Assembly (NCBI GenBank): GCA_045837725.1
Contig: JBEWZL010000197.1
Span: 1 to 46,590, forward strand
Length of the DNA: 46,590 nt
Source of the DNA: Vermamoeba vermiformis
Taxonomy: Eukaryota
Reading direction: 5' to 3'
In this document: positions 35,021 to 46,590 of the stretch, one piece after another
How the letters are laid out: the number at the start of each line of letters is the position of its first letter
Numbering within the stretch: position 1 is the stretch's first letter
The notes under the pieces: generated by a model
Databases searched by the model: none
Seen by the model: the letters and a program-made list of their open reading frames with translations, nothing else
What the model was told of the DNA's origin: nothing
Made by a program: the position numbers and the translations under genes

Positions 35021-35260
35021 CCTATTTCCACGAGAGATGCTCTTTCTCTATACTATACAACTCAATATTATAAATTACATATGGTCTGTGACTACATGAC
35101 AAAATAACAAAAGAGATTTTTTTGCCGTTACAAAAGCAAGCATTTTCGACCCGACTGAGTGCGCCAAAAGTATTGCTATAATAGTGACATTAAATAGTGT
35201 TTAATATTACAAAGTTAACAAGGAGAGGTACATCCAGTTTCGAAAGACCTGATCTGAGCT

Positions 35261-37183
35261 CTAATTAGTGATAGTAGACTGCCTGCTCGATGATCGTGTT
35301 GATTCGCGTTTATCAGCGGGCGAGTTCACATTGGACGATGATTTTTTGATCGAAGGAAAGCGGATCAAGATCGGCGTTTCTGTACGCGATAGAATGCATT
35401 AGAACGAGTACTATTGATTAAGTACGTATAAATAAGCTATATGCACTTACTCTCGTTATATAAAGACAATAATAGGCACTTCGAATTCTTTTTAACGAAT
35501 ACGCAGACAGCTTCGCATGGATTCGGATCTGCAACTTCAAGACTGTTGAACTCTTTCGTCTCAGACTGCACAAATCATTAATAATAGTACGAATTATAAT
35601 CATAGTAATGGCAAACATTAAGAAAGTAAGTATGACTATTCAAATTCGGATCTGCATACGTACCTCGCGATAAACGATACTTCTGTCTCGTGCAGATGAG
35701 ATCAAAAAATGTTCGTTTTTGTATCTGCAGAAGGTAGATACTCGCTCTTTTCGTATACTCTGTAACAACTAGTTAGACCTCCTGTTGTTGATGTCTTAAG
35801 ATCGGATCGGATCGTGCTGTCGGATCACTTTTGAACTACCAGCAGTATCCATATAAACTGATATTATAGGTATAAGTACTTACATTCTTTTTGCTCTTGT
35901 AATAAATCAACGCGAGGCCGTTGCGCTGATTGAACAAACAAACACTCTTCCACCGTCCTTTGTCGCACGTGGTACGGATCTTGGTACCATCTTCAATGAC
36001 TAGATCTTTCAGGATCACCTTGTTCTTGCGGTCCTATAGATATGATATTAATATGATGGTGCAAATATGCAATATATTTATAGTGCAGTTGACGCAAGTT
36101 GCTCGTGCGCGTTACCTCGATGTTCCATAACCGGACTGTGCCGTCTTTAGAATATGTTACAAAACTCTTATAAATGCTCCATGTTGATACTTCTACGCCC
36201 ACTATAGTGTCGCGATGTCCAGTTAAATCGTACAGCCAATTTCCGCTCTACGAAAAAAAAAGTTAGCGGATTTGCTACAGATCCCGATTTTTGAGCGATT
36301 TCTCGATTTATTAACGATATTATTAATATATTATAGTATTCTCTGGCTTACCTCGCGTTCCCACACCGACATTGTGTTGTCTTGAGATACCGTTATCAAT
36401 TTGTCGCCAATAACTCGAACAATAATCGGATTGCTCGGAATATAAAATACTTTGGTACATTCGACGGTATTAAGGGTTTTCTATATTAAAAAGTCGTTAG
36501 CATTATTTTTGAATTTCAGGAATAAATTTAAAAAAAATTGTACTGGATGCGTAATTCATTGATGTAGCTAGAATTATTTATATAGTACGTACCATCTCCC
36601 ACATCTTGACGCTTTTATCATTTGCAGCGGTGAATATTAATAATCCTCCGTATTCATCAACGCCAAAACAAAAATCGTTTACATCCGCTGTATGACCGAT
36701 AAACTGAATCTTATTATTTGTTTCTTTGTCTTTTTTCTATTGATAGAAAAGTATTAGTATTTTGCACGAGCAATTATTCATAAAGGCAATTAAATAATTT
36801 TTTTTTGTAGCAAATCTGTAACTTACCGCAATACGATCCGTCCAGAGCTTATAGGCGGTTAGCTGATTGGTCAATATGAATAAGAATCCTTTTTTGACTT
36901 TAATTTTCTTGAACTCGGCTTCGAGCGGCCAACTGACGATCGGATTAAATCCGGTCGGTACATCTGCGTCGTCTGTGACTATTCTATGCAAGTTGATGCC
37001 AGCTACTAATGATACATGCAATAAATAATTTCTATAAAGCTTCAACATCACTTTGGTACGTTTTCTAGTCGCTAGGGAAGTCGTACTCGAAAGCGACTCG
37101 CGTACCGGCGAAGACTCCACTTGAGGCAGCGAGACGGAGTATGCTCGTGCTGATTTGACCGCTATTGAGTCTCTATCGCCCAT
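35261..37183 (-). CDS. WD40-repeat protein, about 8 exons
   Basis: GHTADVND...FTAANDKSVKMWE, LITVSQDNTMSVWE, GHRDTIVG...TYSKDGTVRLWN and LISSARDRS; stop at 35261-35263. Confidence 0.8.
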
Positions 37184-37640
37184 ATTATATGTTGTGCAAC
37201 ACTTAGAAAATTAACTTGAAATAGCGCATCCGTTACAAAAAAGTTCTTTTGCCAATTTGTCGTTCGTTGAAGTCAACGACAATAATATTACTGTTTAACG
37301 CTAAGAAGAAGAAGAAGAGTGCAAACCAGACTTACCTTGTATTATGAGCATGAAGAATTAACGAGCAACTTATGGGCGGATGCGTTACGGCTTCGGTAAG
37401 GAGAACATAAGCAGCTCGTACTTATTTTAAAGGCCACTAGCAATGTAAGTTATATACGTTAGTCTATCTATGAGTTACTGCGAATCAATTGTGTGTTGAA
37501 GCGTAATGGCTGTTCCTATTTCTGAATTTAAAAATTAGATAGTAGTAGTAGTACTAATATTTGCAAACTGACACACGGTGTTGATATCAAAGATTTTCTC
37601 CGTTGTTCAATTATTTTTGTTCGTCAAACCGCGTGACGCA

Positions 37641-39501
37641 ATGAGAGCTACTACTGCCGTGGTATTACTGTTGGCACTGGCATGTGTAATCAGCTGGGCT
37701 GATGCGCAATGGACTGGTCGATCTGAATCCGAATTTTTCGGTAGGTATTTTGATTCGTGCTCGAGTTTACGTATTAATTATATTTATAGATGATTTCCAG
37801 TTGTTCACTAAGACATATAACAAGAAATATGCTTCAGATACTGAGATGCTGCACAGATTTGAAATTTTCAAGGTAAGAACTGTTCATAAACATAAATAAT
37901 CCTCGTCATTGTAATAATTGGCAATTATTTTAATTAATATACACATTTGCCATATTAAATGAGCTTGTGTTTGCGAACTGTCAATTTGCTCGAGATCGTA
38001 ACGGACACCTCGTATTGATTTTTTGTTTTAATTTAGCAATTTATGCCTATTTTAATCATAAACGTCATTAATTTAATCATAAATTTCACAAGGAAACCTT
38101 GAAACGCGTTGAAGAACGAACTAAAGCCTTCCCTAATGGCGCTACTTACGGAATCACTAAGTTCGCTGGTATGCATATTTTAGCCTTCCCTTTGCTAATG
38201 TACCATCGCTTATGATTGCCTATCATATTATAATGGCTATGGTTAATAATGATTCGGTTTAGATTTGACTCCTGAGGAATTCAGATCACGCTACTTGATG
38301 AGCAGAAAAATCGCCACTACGCCCGAGCCTAAGGCCAACACTAAGGTGCCTCAAATTAAGGAGATGCCTGCTACTCTCGACTGGTATGTTATCACTATAA
38401 ACAAGCTTGCATTAGCTTCAAATCTGCTCGCGTTGCACGTGATCTGCTTGACTTCGATTATACTAATTTGAACATTCTTAGGCGTCTTAAGGGCTATGTT
38501 ACTCCTGTTAAGGATCAAGGTCAATGCGGCAGGTATTTTAATCGATTTGTATTGCGTTTGGTTCGCGAGTACTAACGGATGTACCAATTTTTAGTTGCTG
38601 GGCATTCAGCGCTACTGAAACTATTGAGTCTGCGTGGATTCAAGCAGGCAAGGCTACTGCTGATAAATTAGCGTTGTCTCCTCAACAAATCGTCGATTGC
38701 GATGATTGGGTCTTTGGATGCGGTGGCGGTCAGACTGGCAGTGCCTTCAATTACGGTTAGTATTAGAACAAATTTCTTAGTCATCCATAACATGACTTGA
38801 TAAGTTATAAAGATACTCTATAAGCTTATCAGTCGTTTTTTGCGTCGCATCCTCTAATAGTTTTCTCAGTTCTCGGCTATGGAGGTCTTGAATCGAACGC
38901 TTCTTATCCTTACACTGCCGAGGGTGGTAGCTGCGCATTTAACAAGTCTGAAATTGTGGCTAAGATCAAGAGCTGGAACTACGTATGTATTTTTAGAAAG
39001 CAGTTTTGGCGGCATCCGACGTAGCTACTGTACCTTTGTAAGACTATATATACTAATATATTGCTATAGGCTAACAGCTGGTACAACGAAGTTGAGCTTC
39101 AACAAAGTCTCGTTGATATTGGTCCTTTGAGGTACGTTTGTGGATCCGCTACTTGATGAACTTTACTCGCGCTTACATGACCTTATTTTACATTCAGTAT
39201 CTGCTTGGACGCTGCTAACTGGCAAGACTATACTAGTGGTGTTATGACCTGGGAGGAGTGCGCTTGGGTAAGCCTCAAAATATCGCGTGTACTTGGTGAT
39301 CAGGATCTCTAACTTTTTTGTTAGATCAACTTGTTGGACCATTGCGTGCAATTAGTTGGCTATAATACTACTGCTCCTACTCCTTATTGGATTGTTAGAA
39401 ACTCTTGGAACACTGACTGGGGTATTGACGGCTACATCTACTTGAGCATGGGTTCAGACACTTGCGGTCTCGCTCATGATGCTACATATGTCGTTGTTTA
39501 G
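37641..39501 (+). CDS. papain-family (C1A) cysteine protease with signal peptide and I29 propeptide
   Basis: Signal peptide MRATTAVVLLLALACVISWADA; ERFNIN-like EMLHRFEIFKENL; GITKFADLTPEEF; QGQCGSCWAFS; LSPQQIVDCD; DHCVQLVGY; YWIVRNSW. Confidence 0.95.
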
Positions 39502-39779
39502 GTGCATTAGTTTACTTTTGATTATATTCGGTAGATTTACCATAAATGTTTCAATAACTTCGTTGAATCCGTTCCTGATTCGCGACTTTAAACTTACTTT
39601 CATTAGTGGCCGCTCAGAATCTCGACATAGACATAAGAAATGACCTAATACTGTTAATTCTACGAAAAAATTTGAGCTCCAATCTCCTCGCGCGCCTAAA
39701 ACAAGTTTTGTTTTTGAAGTTCATTTTTCAGTTCTCTCGCACCAGTCAACCACCACTCCTTGTTCTTCTTCTTCGACAA

Positions 39780-41940
39780 TATGGACTCTGTTAATGACCA
39801 AGCTTCTCGATAGCCTTGAATCGGACTACTTGCTGCTTATCTCTGCTGGCTCGGTGCCCCACCGCCTACATCTGACGCAGCCTTTGTTCGGCTACCCCGA
39901 ATAGTGCCGTAAGTAAGCTTAGAATGTGGTTAGTTATTCATAAATGATATTATAGGATCAGGAACTGCTTGCGGCTTCGTCTTTCTGAATTCCGGTCCAG
40001 TACGAAACCTGATGCGTTTTCAAGTTCGGTCCGTAAGTTTTTAATAATTAATCAAAGCCTTAAATCAACATCTATACGATATATTAAACAATTTATAAGG
40101 TCATTTGAAATTATTAAAATCATCTGGATCGAAATTGAATTTCGATCTTTTTTTTGGCGGTTAAATCCAACTTTGAGCCATCACTTTCGGACTTCTGCCT
40201 CGCAATACTATTATATTTATTATGCCGCTTATACTATATATGCTTTTATGAGCTTCTTACGAAAGAAGACTTCGCGTTCGAACTCGATCTTCATTCGTTT
40301 GTAGATCTCAAATACATTGGCCTATTTCTTAGCTAACCAATAGGGAGAACTAAGAGCGCAGATATTTGTATTTCACTTTGCCTCGTTTGTTGAGTTGTTG
40401 AATGCGGAGGTCGACGATCCGATTTTTTCTGATGATAGTGGTTTTATTTTTTACTTGTGCTGGACCTCCAGGACCTTAACAAGTCATATAATTCGACCTT
40501 TTTTTTATTCGTTGAAAGAGTGAGAATGACTGAGTTGAATCGCCATTCCAACGTCGTAAAATTTTTGGCCTCTTAATATCCTTGTCATTCGCCGCTGATA
40601 CTTGTGCCCTACTACTCTTGATTCAACGCTTTACTCAGCTTATTGCGATTAGTTCTTCGTTAAAGATTAGTTTCCTTGGACACTGAAGTTCAAACACTTG
40701 CGGAGGGTTGTACTCTTCCAAGCTCAGATCTTGCTCGTCTTTTGGTCAATACTCGTGATGCTAAGAGGTAAACCTCGTAAGAAGTTTCGCGTCGGTATAG
40801 TATGCAAGCAGAAGTTCGAAGTAGAGCTTCAAGTAAGTTGTCCAACCATACCCGAGGTTGTTGTCTCAGCTGTGGCTTGATATGATTGGCACAGTCGTCG
40901 GGTAGGATGAACTGTCCGAGAGAGTTCTGCAATCTTTTTTTTCTGATATTATTTTTAATCTCGATGTTAACGTTTGTTGGCTTGGCCTCTGCAAGTGTAA
41001 TGTATTACGTTATAGTTATCAACCTTGAGTAAGAGCTACAAAAGGAGCCACGTTAGCAATGTACTTGCACGTCTGCGTACGAAGCAACTAATTGAACAGC
41101 ATTGGCTCCAGCTCCTCTATATTTTCTTCGCTTGGGATCATTTGACGATCATCTATGGCGCTGATGAGTTGGGCTAGCAGCGCTGGTAGTTTGCAAGCAC
41201 AGCTAGGCTCGCTAACGATTTACTCAAAGGATACAGTAGAGCGTTTGCAAATAGTACGTAACTTGCTAAACCAGGTGTTCCATTACTTACTAGCGCCAAG
41301 ATCGTCATTTGAAGAGAAAAATCACGACACACAGTGGCGGGTGCAAGTTCTGCAGGCCATTACCCAAAACCTAATGGGCTACTCAAAGGAGACAGTAGCG
41401 CGTTTTGCAACTTGCCCATGAAGAAGCCATGCAGGAGCCAACGCGCCGGAGGCGTTGGTATTAATAGGAATAATACCGCCATTGCAAAAGAAAACCCGTC
41501 CGAAGAGTCCGTAGATGATCCGAATTGAAGTCCGAACGAATCATAGTATAACAGTATGTAGATTAGTGCGTTTTCTAACTTCGAATTAAACTTTCGTTTT
41601 TCAGGCTCGAATACACCCTACCTGTCCTAGGCCATAGAGTTTGAACGCGACACTGAAAGCTTGCTTGCTACAACGAAAAGTTCTTGTCTGTTTTTGGATC
41701 AGAGAGTACGAAACAATTATTTAATTTGATATTAACTCTATTAATTGCCCTTTAAAGAGTACAACCTGAATTGTCGAAGCACGATTTAGAGTTTTAGCCA
41801 AATACGACAATTTTCATACGAAGTCTCTTTGAGTGGATGTCACAGTACTCCATTCCAAGTACGTAATTAGCTCAATAATACAATAATTATTTAACGCCGT
41901 TTTTGTAGCTATCAGTGTAGAAGTTACAGTACAAAGAATG
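39780..41940 (+). other. unresolved region with several canonical-looking + strand introns but no long spliced ORF (decayed gene or lncRNA)
   Basis: GT..AG segments at about 39909-39956, 40033-40099, 41555-41604, 41707-41757 and 41859-41908. The intervening exons had stops in every frame I tried. Confidence 0.35.
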
Positions 41941-41952
41941 GCACGAAATTAA

Positions 41953-42098
41953 GAAGTCCGATCCAGGCAGCAACGAATCTGACCTCATTACTGATCGACC
42001 CAGAGAATTCTATTCGGCCTTTGCCTAATTTAACCAAATTGCGAAATCTACATATAGAAGCGGCACAATGCTATGCATTCCTATCAAATCTGACAAAA
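41953..42098 (+). pseudogene. remnant of the 2111-3721 F-box/LRR gene
   Basis: Reads SPIQAATNL-TSLLIDPENSIRPLPNLTKLRNLHIEAAQCYAFLSNLTK, two pieces of the parent fused at ACGAATCTG. Confidence 0.9.
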
Positions 42099-42250
42099 TT
42101 TCTATGTACAGTATGAATTAAACTCTAGTCATTTATTAATGCTGTAATAACTATGCCAAAGGTACGCGTAAAGATTGGTATTATTACTTGTCAATATTCT
42201 GATGATATCCAGCGATTCAATCGATCGCTAAAATCCAGATCGTCTTACCT

Positions 42251-42318
42251 TAGCTGACGAAGTCGATCAATCCCTTGTTGCTATCGTCGAAGATCCATTG
42301 AAAGGAATTCAAAGCTAA
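42251..42318 (+). pseudogene. 3' remnant of the DUF302 gene
   Basis: ADEVDQSLVAIVEDPLKGIQS* matches the parent C-terminus; the rest of the gene is deleted. Confidence 0.9.
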
Positions 42319-42385
42319 TTAAAACGAGATCTCGCGAGTAGAATCGTTTGTTAATAATTCTGAAATCTGTTTATACATAAATCTC

Positions 42386-45300
42386 TTATTTTTTGCTCCA
42401 ATCGGCTTTGATCATGTCAGATAGTTTTTCCGCCATTGCAAAAGTCAAGTAGACCGTGTTAGCATCGACTGAAAAAAAATTTTTGGTTAGATTCGGATTT
42501 GTTTCCAAATTTGGTAAAGGCCTTACTTTGTGTAGCGAAGGCGGAGGCATCGATCACGCGAACATTTGCAGTTCCTCGAACGACTAACTTGCTGTCAGTA
42601 CAATCACCAACACGACATGTGCCAGTTGGATGAAATCCGACCCCGAGATCTTTTTCAATGTACTCGTCGAGATCTTGACCTGCCGCGGGAGATACAATGC
42701 CGAGATTGTATTTTTGACCGAATGGCGTGTTTGTGATGAGATCGATCATCTTCGTCAAAAGTTTTTTCATGACAGCGCGATCCGTGTCACTCAACTTAGT
42801 GACGTTGTAATCAATAACAGGCCTATAGGATATATTAATATAATACATATTAATTATGAGAATATTACTTGTGGAAAATGCTTGGTGAAGTTATCGTCAC
42901 GGATCCTTCTTTGGCTTCAGGGAACATATTGACGAGCAAAAATGAAGCACCGGGAATACCCGAGAATATACTCGATGGATTGCCCATAATAGGTTGTATG
43001 TCATATAGTGCGTATTGGCCTTCCCAGAGATAAATTTGCATGTCTGTAATGCCTGGCGCGTTTAAACCGGATGCCAAGTGCGCACTCACTCTGTGACCCA
43101 AAAATATTAGGACTATAGTGTCTTTATATATTATATCTATGTAACTTACGGATAAGCTCCGTTGACAAGCTCAAGGGTCGGATTTGTTTGGCCAAATTTG
43201 TCAAAGTCAGCTTTGGAAGTGAACGGGAATCGAACGGATGTGTTGAACAAAAGTCGAGTTGAGAAATGCTCCCATAAGTGCTTGCCTAGATATATTGATG
43301 TTACTAACAGCCTATAGATAATGAAGTAGTATAATCCTTACCGACATGAGGGTTGTGAGCCACGACTTTAATTCCGAGCGGATCCAAATCATTTTTGTCG
43401 CCAACGCCACTGACTTGAAGCAACTGAGGAGTTCCAAACGTACCGCCAGCAATAATAACTTCCTAAAAACAAAATAATTAGACGCTGTTAATTAAAATAG
43501 TTAATTCAAAGAAAAGCTGGTTTCTTCTTGAAAATCAACAACTGTTAAAACGATGAAGCGCGGATACAGAGCACCTTCTCGATTGAGTATAGGCACAAAT
43601 GAACTTTGAATCAACAGCCGACAATGCTCTTACGAAAAATTATGGTTGCCACGTCCACAAATTTTAAAATTCATAATCGCAGAAATGTACGCGTACGATT
43701 AAAGTCATCGAAATTATACGTAAAATTTAACATAAGTAATGTGACATACCTTATTAGCATAAGCAGTGACGACGCGATTGGTGGTCATATCGAAGTACTC
43801 GACGCCCTTAGCAACGTTGAACGATGATTTAGAATCGAAGATAATTCTAAGAACGGGGCAACCAGGCTTCAAGAATAGATTGGGCCGTTGTTGGACGTCA
43901 GGTGTCAAATAGGCACTTTCGGAACTGACACGTGTCTGGGGTGACAATCGGTCAGTTCGATTCTGTCTGTAACGGAATTTCTGCCACAACGCAACACCGC
44001 TTCGTCTAGTAGCCGGCAAGTAGATTAATTCGCGCCAAGTTTTTGAAATTTCAAGTCACGTGTACGTACTGTGTAGGGTCGCCATTCTGGTCCGGCGAGT
44101 AACCTCCGAAGAAACTGTCGTTGACGAGAGTGTTCAAATAATCAAGTGTAAAATCTTCAAAGGCTTCAACAACGGGTCCATTGATTTGTACTGGGCCGCC
44201 CCTGATTCATGAACGAATTCAGAATCGAAATTTCATTAGAATTCTAGATCCTACTTGTACGTACTTTCCGTGCCAAGCGCGGCATTGAGCAGGAGTAATT
44301 CCAGTGATATCAGGACTATCATAATAACAATAATGGTCTTCCATCTTCTTGAAATAAGGAAGCAGATCCGCGTACTGCCAGCCTTCCGGCCATTGATTCA
44401 AAATTGAAGGACTTGGTCTTCGTGCTGATGATCCATAGATTTGAGACGTTCCTAATATAGTCATTAAAATATTATGTTGTTGAGAAGGTGGTCATTGCCA
44501 ACCCTTCCAATTTCCAGTTTGTTCGGTGAACAGCTAACCGTTACAAACCAAAATATTTCCGCGCTCTGTCCTATTTTTGGCTTAGCCCTTGTATCTCAGC
44601 ATTTCACTTCGCAGAGCACAGGTTACCAAACATGTGGCAACGTATCGTGCTCATAAATATATATTATATGTTTATGGTAGTTACGAAGTACTGCGAGAGC
44701 AACTAAGCAAGTTTCGGCGGTCCCAATATTTCGGCAATTTTTCAAAACCGGTTTTGACCAAATTGAACCGTCGACACGTGACTTTCATTCAAAGAAAAAA
44801 TGTGTTTTTCTACCGACATTTTATCGGCAACAACCAACGGAAAGTTGAATATTAAAATGAATTAATTACCTCCTAATCCTTCGTAGCGAGGACAATACAC
44901 CATCCGATTATTCAGGCCCGGCTGGGGAACGCTTAAATAACCTGGATCATGCGTGCTAATAAAATTATAATTCTTCGGCAAGAAATTAAAGCCAGGAGCA
45001 AATGGCTGCGGAGCTTTATCGCCTGCAATCAAATTAATTTGCGGATCCTTAATCGAGGATAGGTATACTTTTACAAACCTTTGTCTAATGCCAAAACGGT
45101 CCATGAAGGATTTTCTGATAATCTTGAGGCTACAGCGCCTCCTGCAGTGCCGACACCTGTAAAAATCTTTTAGCTACACATCCGTAGGAGACGATTTTAT
45201 TTTTCGGTTTATTATAATATGTTTGAATATTTAAAATGATTTTCATATTATATAATAAATATGATCTTTAGAATTTTAGCTCTTTAGAATATTTCCTTAC

Positions 45301-45402
45301 CGCAAACAATAAAATCATAACTTGCTGGTTCTGCGCGGTCTTTATCCGAACTAGCCTAAGCGCAATAAAAAGTGTGCAAACAACGAGCACTATTGTTCTC
45401 AT
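42386..45402 (-). pseudogene. full-length secreted GMC oxidoreductase paralogue with an apparent 1-bp frameshift in exon 1
   Basis: Signal peptide MRTIVLVVCTLFIAL is out of frame with ASSDKDRAEPASYDFIVCG|VGTAGGAVASRLSENP at about 45356-45360. Downstream exons (GLGGTSQIYG, LLPYFKKME, RVSSESAYL, GFHPTGTCRVG) are open. Could be a sequencing error. Confidence 0.7.
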
Positions 45403-45693
45403 TATGTCGGATATAAATATCTACAGAGCAGAACGAAAAAATTGTCGCCCTGGCGCACGAAAAACAGTGCATGGAAGGAGGAGAAAAAGACATTTTTTCT
45501 TTGAAATGAAAGTCACGTGCCGGGCAAAACGACACGGAGTCACGTGTTGACGGTTCACTGAACTTTTTACTTAAACGAAGAAATGTATATTTTAGAAGTC
45601 TGACCGCATTATCAATGTTATTAACGGTATTTTTTAATATCCACCTTCTTCTTCGGCAATGTAACGGTTGAAATATTTGACGTAGTTTTTGTA

Positions 45694-46590
45694 CTAAGTC
45701 TTATCAAAACTCGTTCCAAACAATCCGACCAGGCCAACCAAGTGATTTACACTATAATACGACAATCGTTAATATATATAACAAAATTCTAGCGTTTAAG
45801 AGAAAAATAATCTCGTGTAACGGCAGATCCGATCCAGTACAAAAAAAAAATTGGTTGGAGTACTTCATAGTTGTTTAAATATACTTACTATTGATGGCTC
45901 TCAGCATATACATGATGTCCTCCAGGAAATTCGACGTAATCAGCGCCACCTTTCAGTTGTTTAGCGACGTCATATCCGCTCTTCTTATTCATCCAAGTGT
46001 CCTCGCCGTAAATAAACAGAGTCTTGATTCTTTCGCTCAAATTAGGAAGGTCTTGTATAAGTGGCTTCTTAGCCAAGCTACGGGTATATAAACAGAGTTA
46101 ACGAACAACACGCCATCTCAAGTTTGGTTTTTGCGTTTCATCTTCTTTAGGCTTTTCATGGACTAAATTAAGTCATTAATAATTAATTCGTATATATTTC
46201 ATTGAAGCTACTAACCTCCCCATGGATCGCACAGGGTCAATTTTTCAACTTTTTCAAAGCATAGTGAGCAGCGATATACGCACCAAACGAATGGCCTATA
46301 TGTGTTATATAAATGTTAGAATTATGCTTTAAATGAATAAATCAAGGTGACATACCAAATAAATTGAATTTTTCTGATTTTTCTTTCTCGGCCCAACTGT
46401 GGATCGAGTCAACAAAGTATTTTTGTCCTTCTTCAGGTGTCTTGCCTATAATATATCATTAATATTATTTTAAATACGTTCTAGCCATCAATATTGCGCA
46501 GATGCAGTCGATCGGAAGATTTTCAGAATTCTCCGATATTGTTATGTAATTGGTTGTACGCTTCTTGTTTGACCTTTGATTAAACCTTTG
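45694..46590 (-). pseudogene. ABHD4/ABHD5 (CGI-58/Cld1-like) alpha/beta hydrolase pseudogene, runs off the window
   Basis: YFVDSIHSW, GHSFGAYIAAHYALK, VEKLTLCDPWG, FIYGEDTWM and GGHHVYAE are present. There is a frameshift between YALK and VEKL (~46250), and the HG oxyanion segment and most of the cap domain appear to be missing. Confidence 0.75.

Larger units (their letters stand above)
41953..43491 (-). repeat. inverted segmental duplicate of window positions 1-2982 with internal deletions
   Basis: The reverse complement matches 1-1236, ~1966-2094, ~2415-2539 and 2954-2982 in order, including introns and intergenic DNA. Confidence 0.95.

Noticed and set aside
1-43491. Inverted arms as terminal inverted repeats of a giant transposon or endogenous virus
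   Set aside because: The arms are ordinary intron-containing host genes with divergence and deletions, and no transposase, integrase, polymerase B or capsid gene was recognised between them.
1-46590. Alternative genetic code or stop-codon readthrough as the cause of fragmented ORFs
   Set aside because: Intact genes splice into open frames under the standard code, and TAA, TAG and TGA all serve as terminal stops.
1-46590. Impression that GATC-containing words (GGATC, AGATC, CGATC) are frequent
   Set aside because: Could not be quantified by eye; needs k-mer observed/expected counts before any link to adenine methylation is claimed.

Overview
Gene-dense eukaryotic nuclear DNA with short AT-rich GT-AG introns and apparently the standard genetic code. 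It looks like a free-living protist; an amoebozoan-like origin is only my inference. The ORF track fragments most genes, so I rebuilt the models by hand from splice sites. The window holds about 20 genes: GMC oxidoreductase, DUF302, two F-box/LRR genes, a small orphan, BTB-LamG, nucleoplasmin-like FKBP, LRR-PADR1 fusion, double Myb/SANT protein, PHD-C5HCH-HTH factor, coiled-coil orphan, F-box-SNF2, FSH1/OVCA2 hydrolase, 4xCBS protein, MIF, a SET methyltransferase with a signal peptide, a Crinkler-type NTPase+REase gene, WD40 protein and a papain-family protease. The right end (about 41.95-46.6 kb) is an inverted, decaying duplicate of the left end. It carries a frameshifted GMC, deletion-shredded DUF302 and F-box/LRR remnants, and an ABHD4/5-like pseudogene. 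The most unusual signals are a sharply CpG-depleted island holding a still-open spliced Crinkler-like gene, and several domain fusions that only appear after splicing. No rRNA, tRNA or CRISPR array was recognised. All family assignments come from motif recognition, not database searches.
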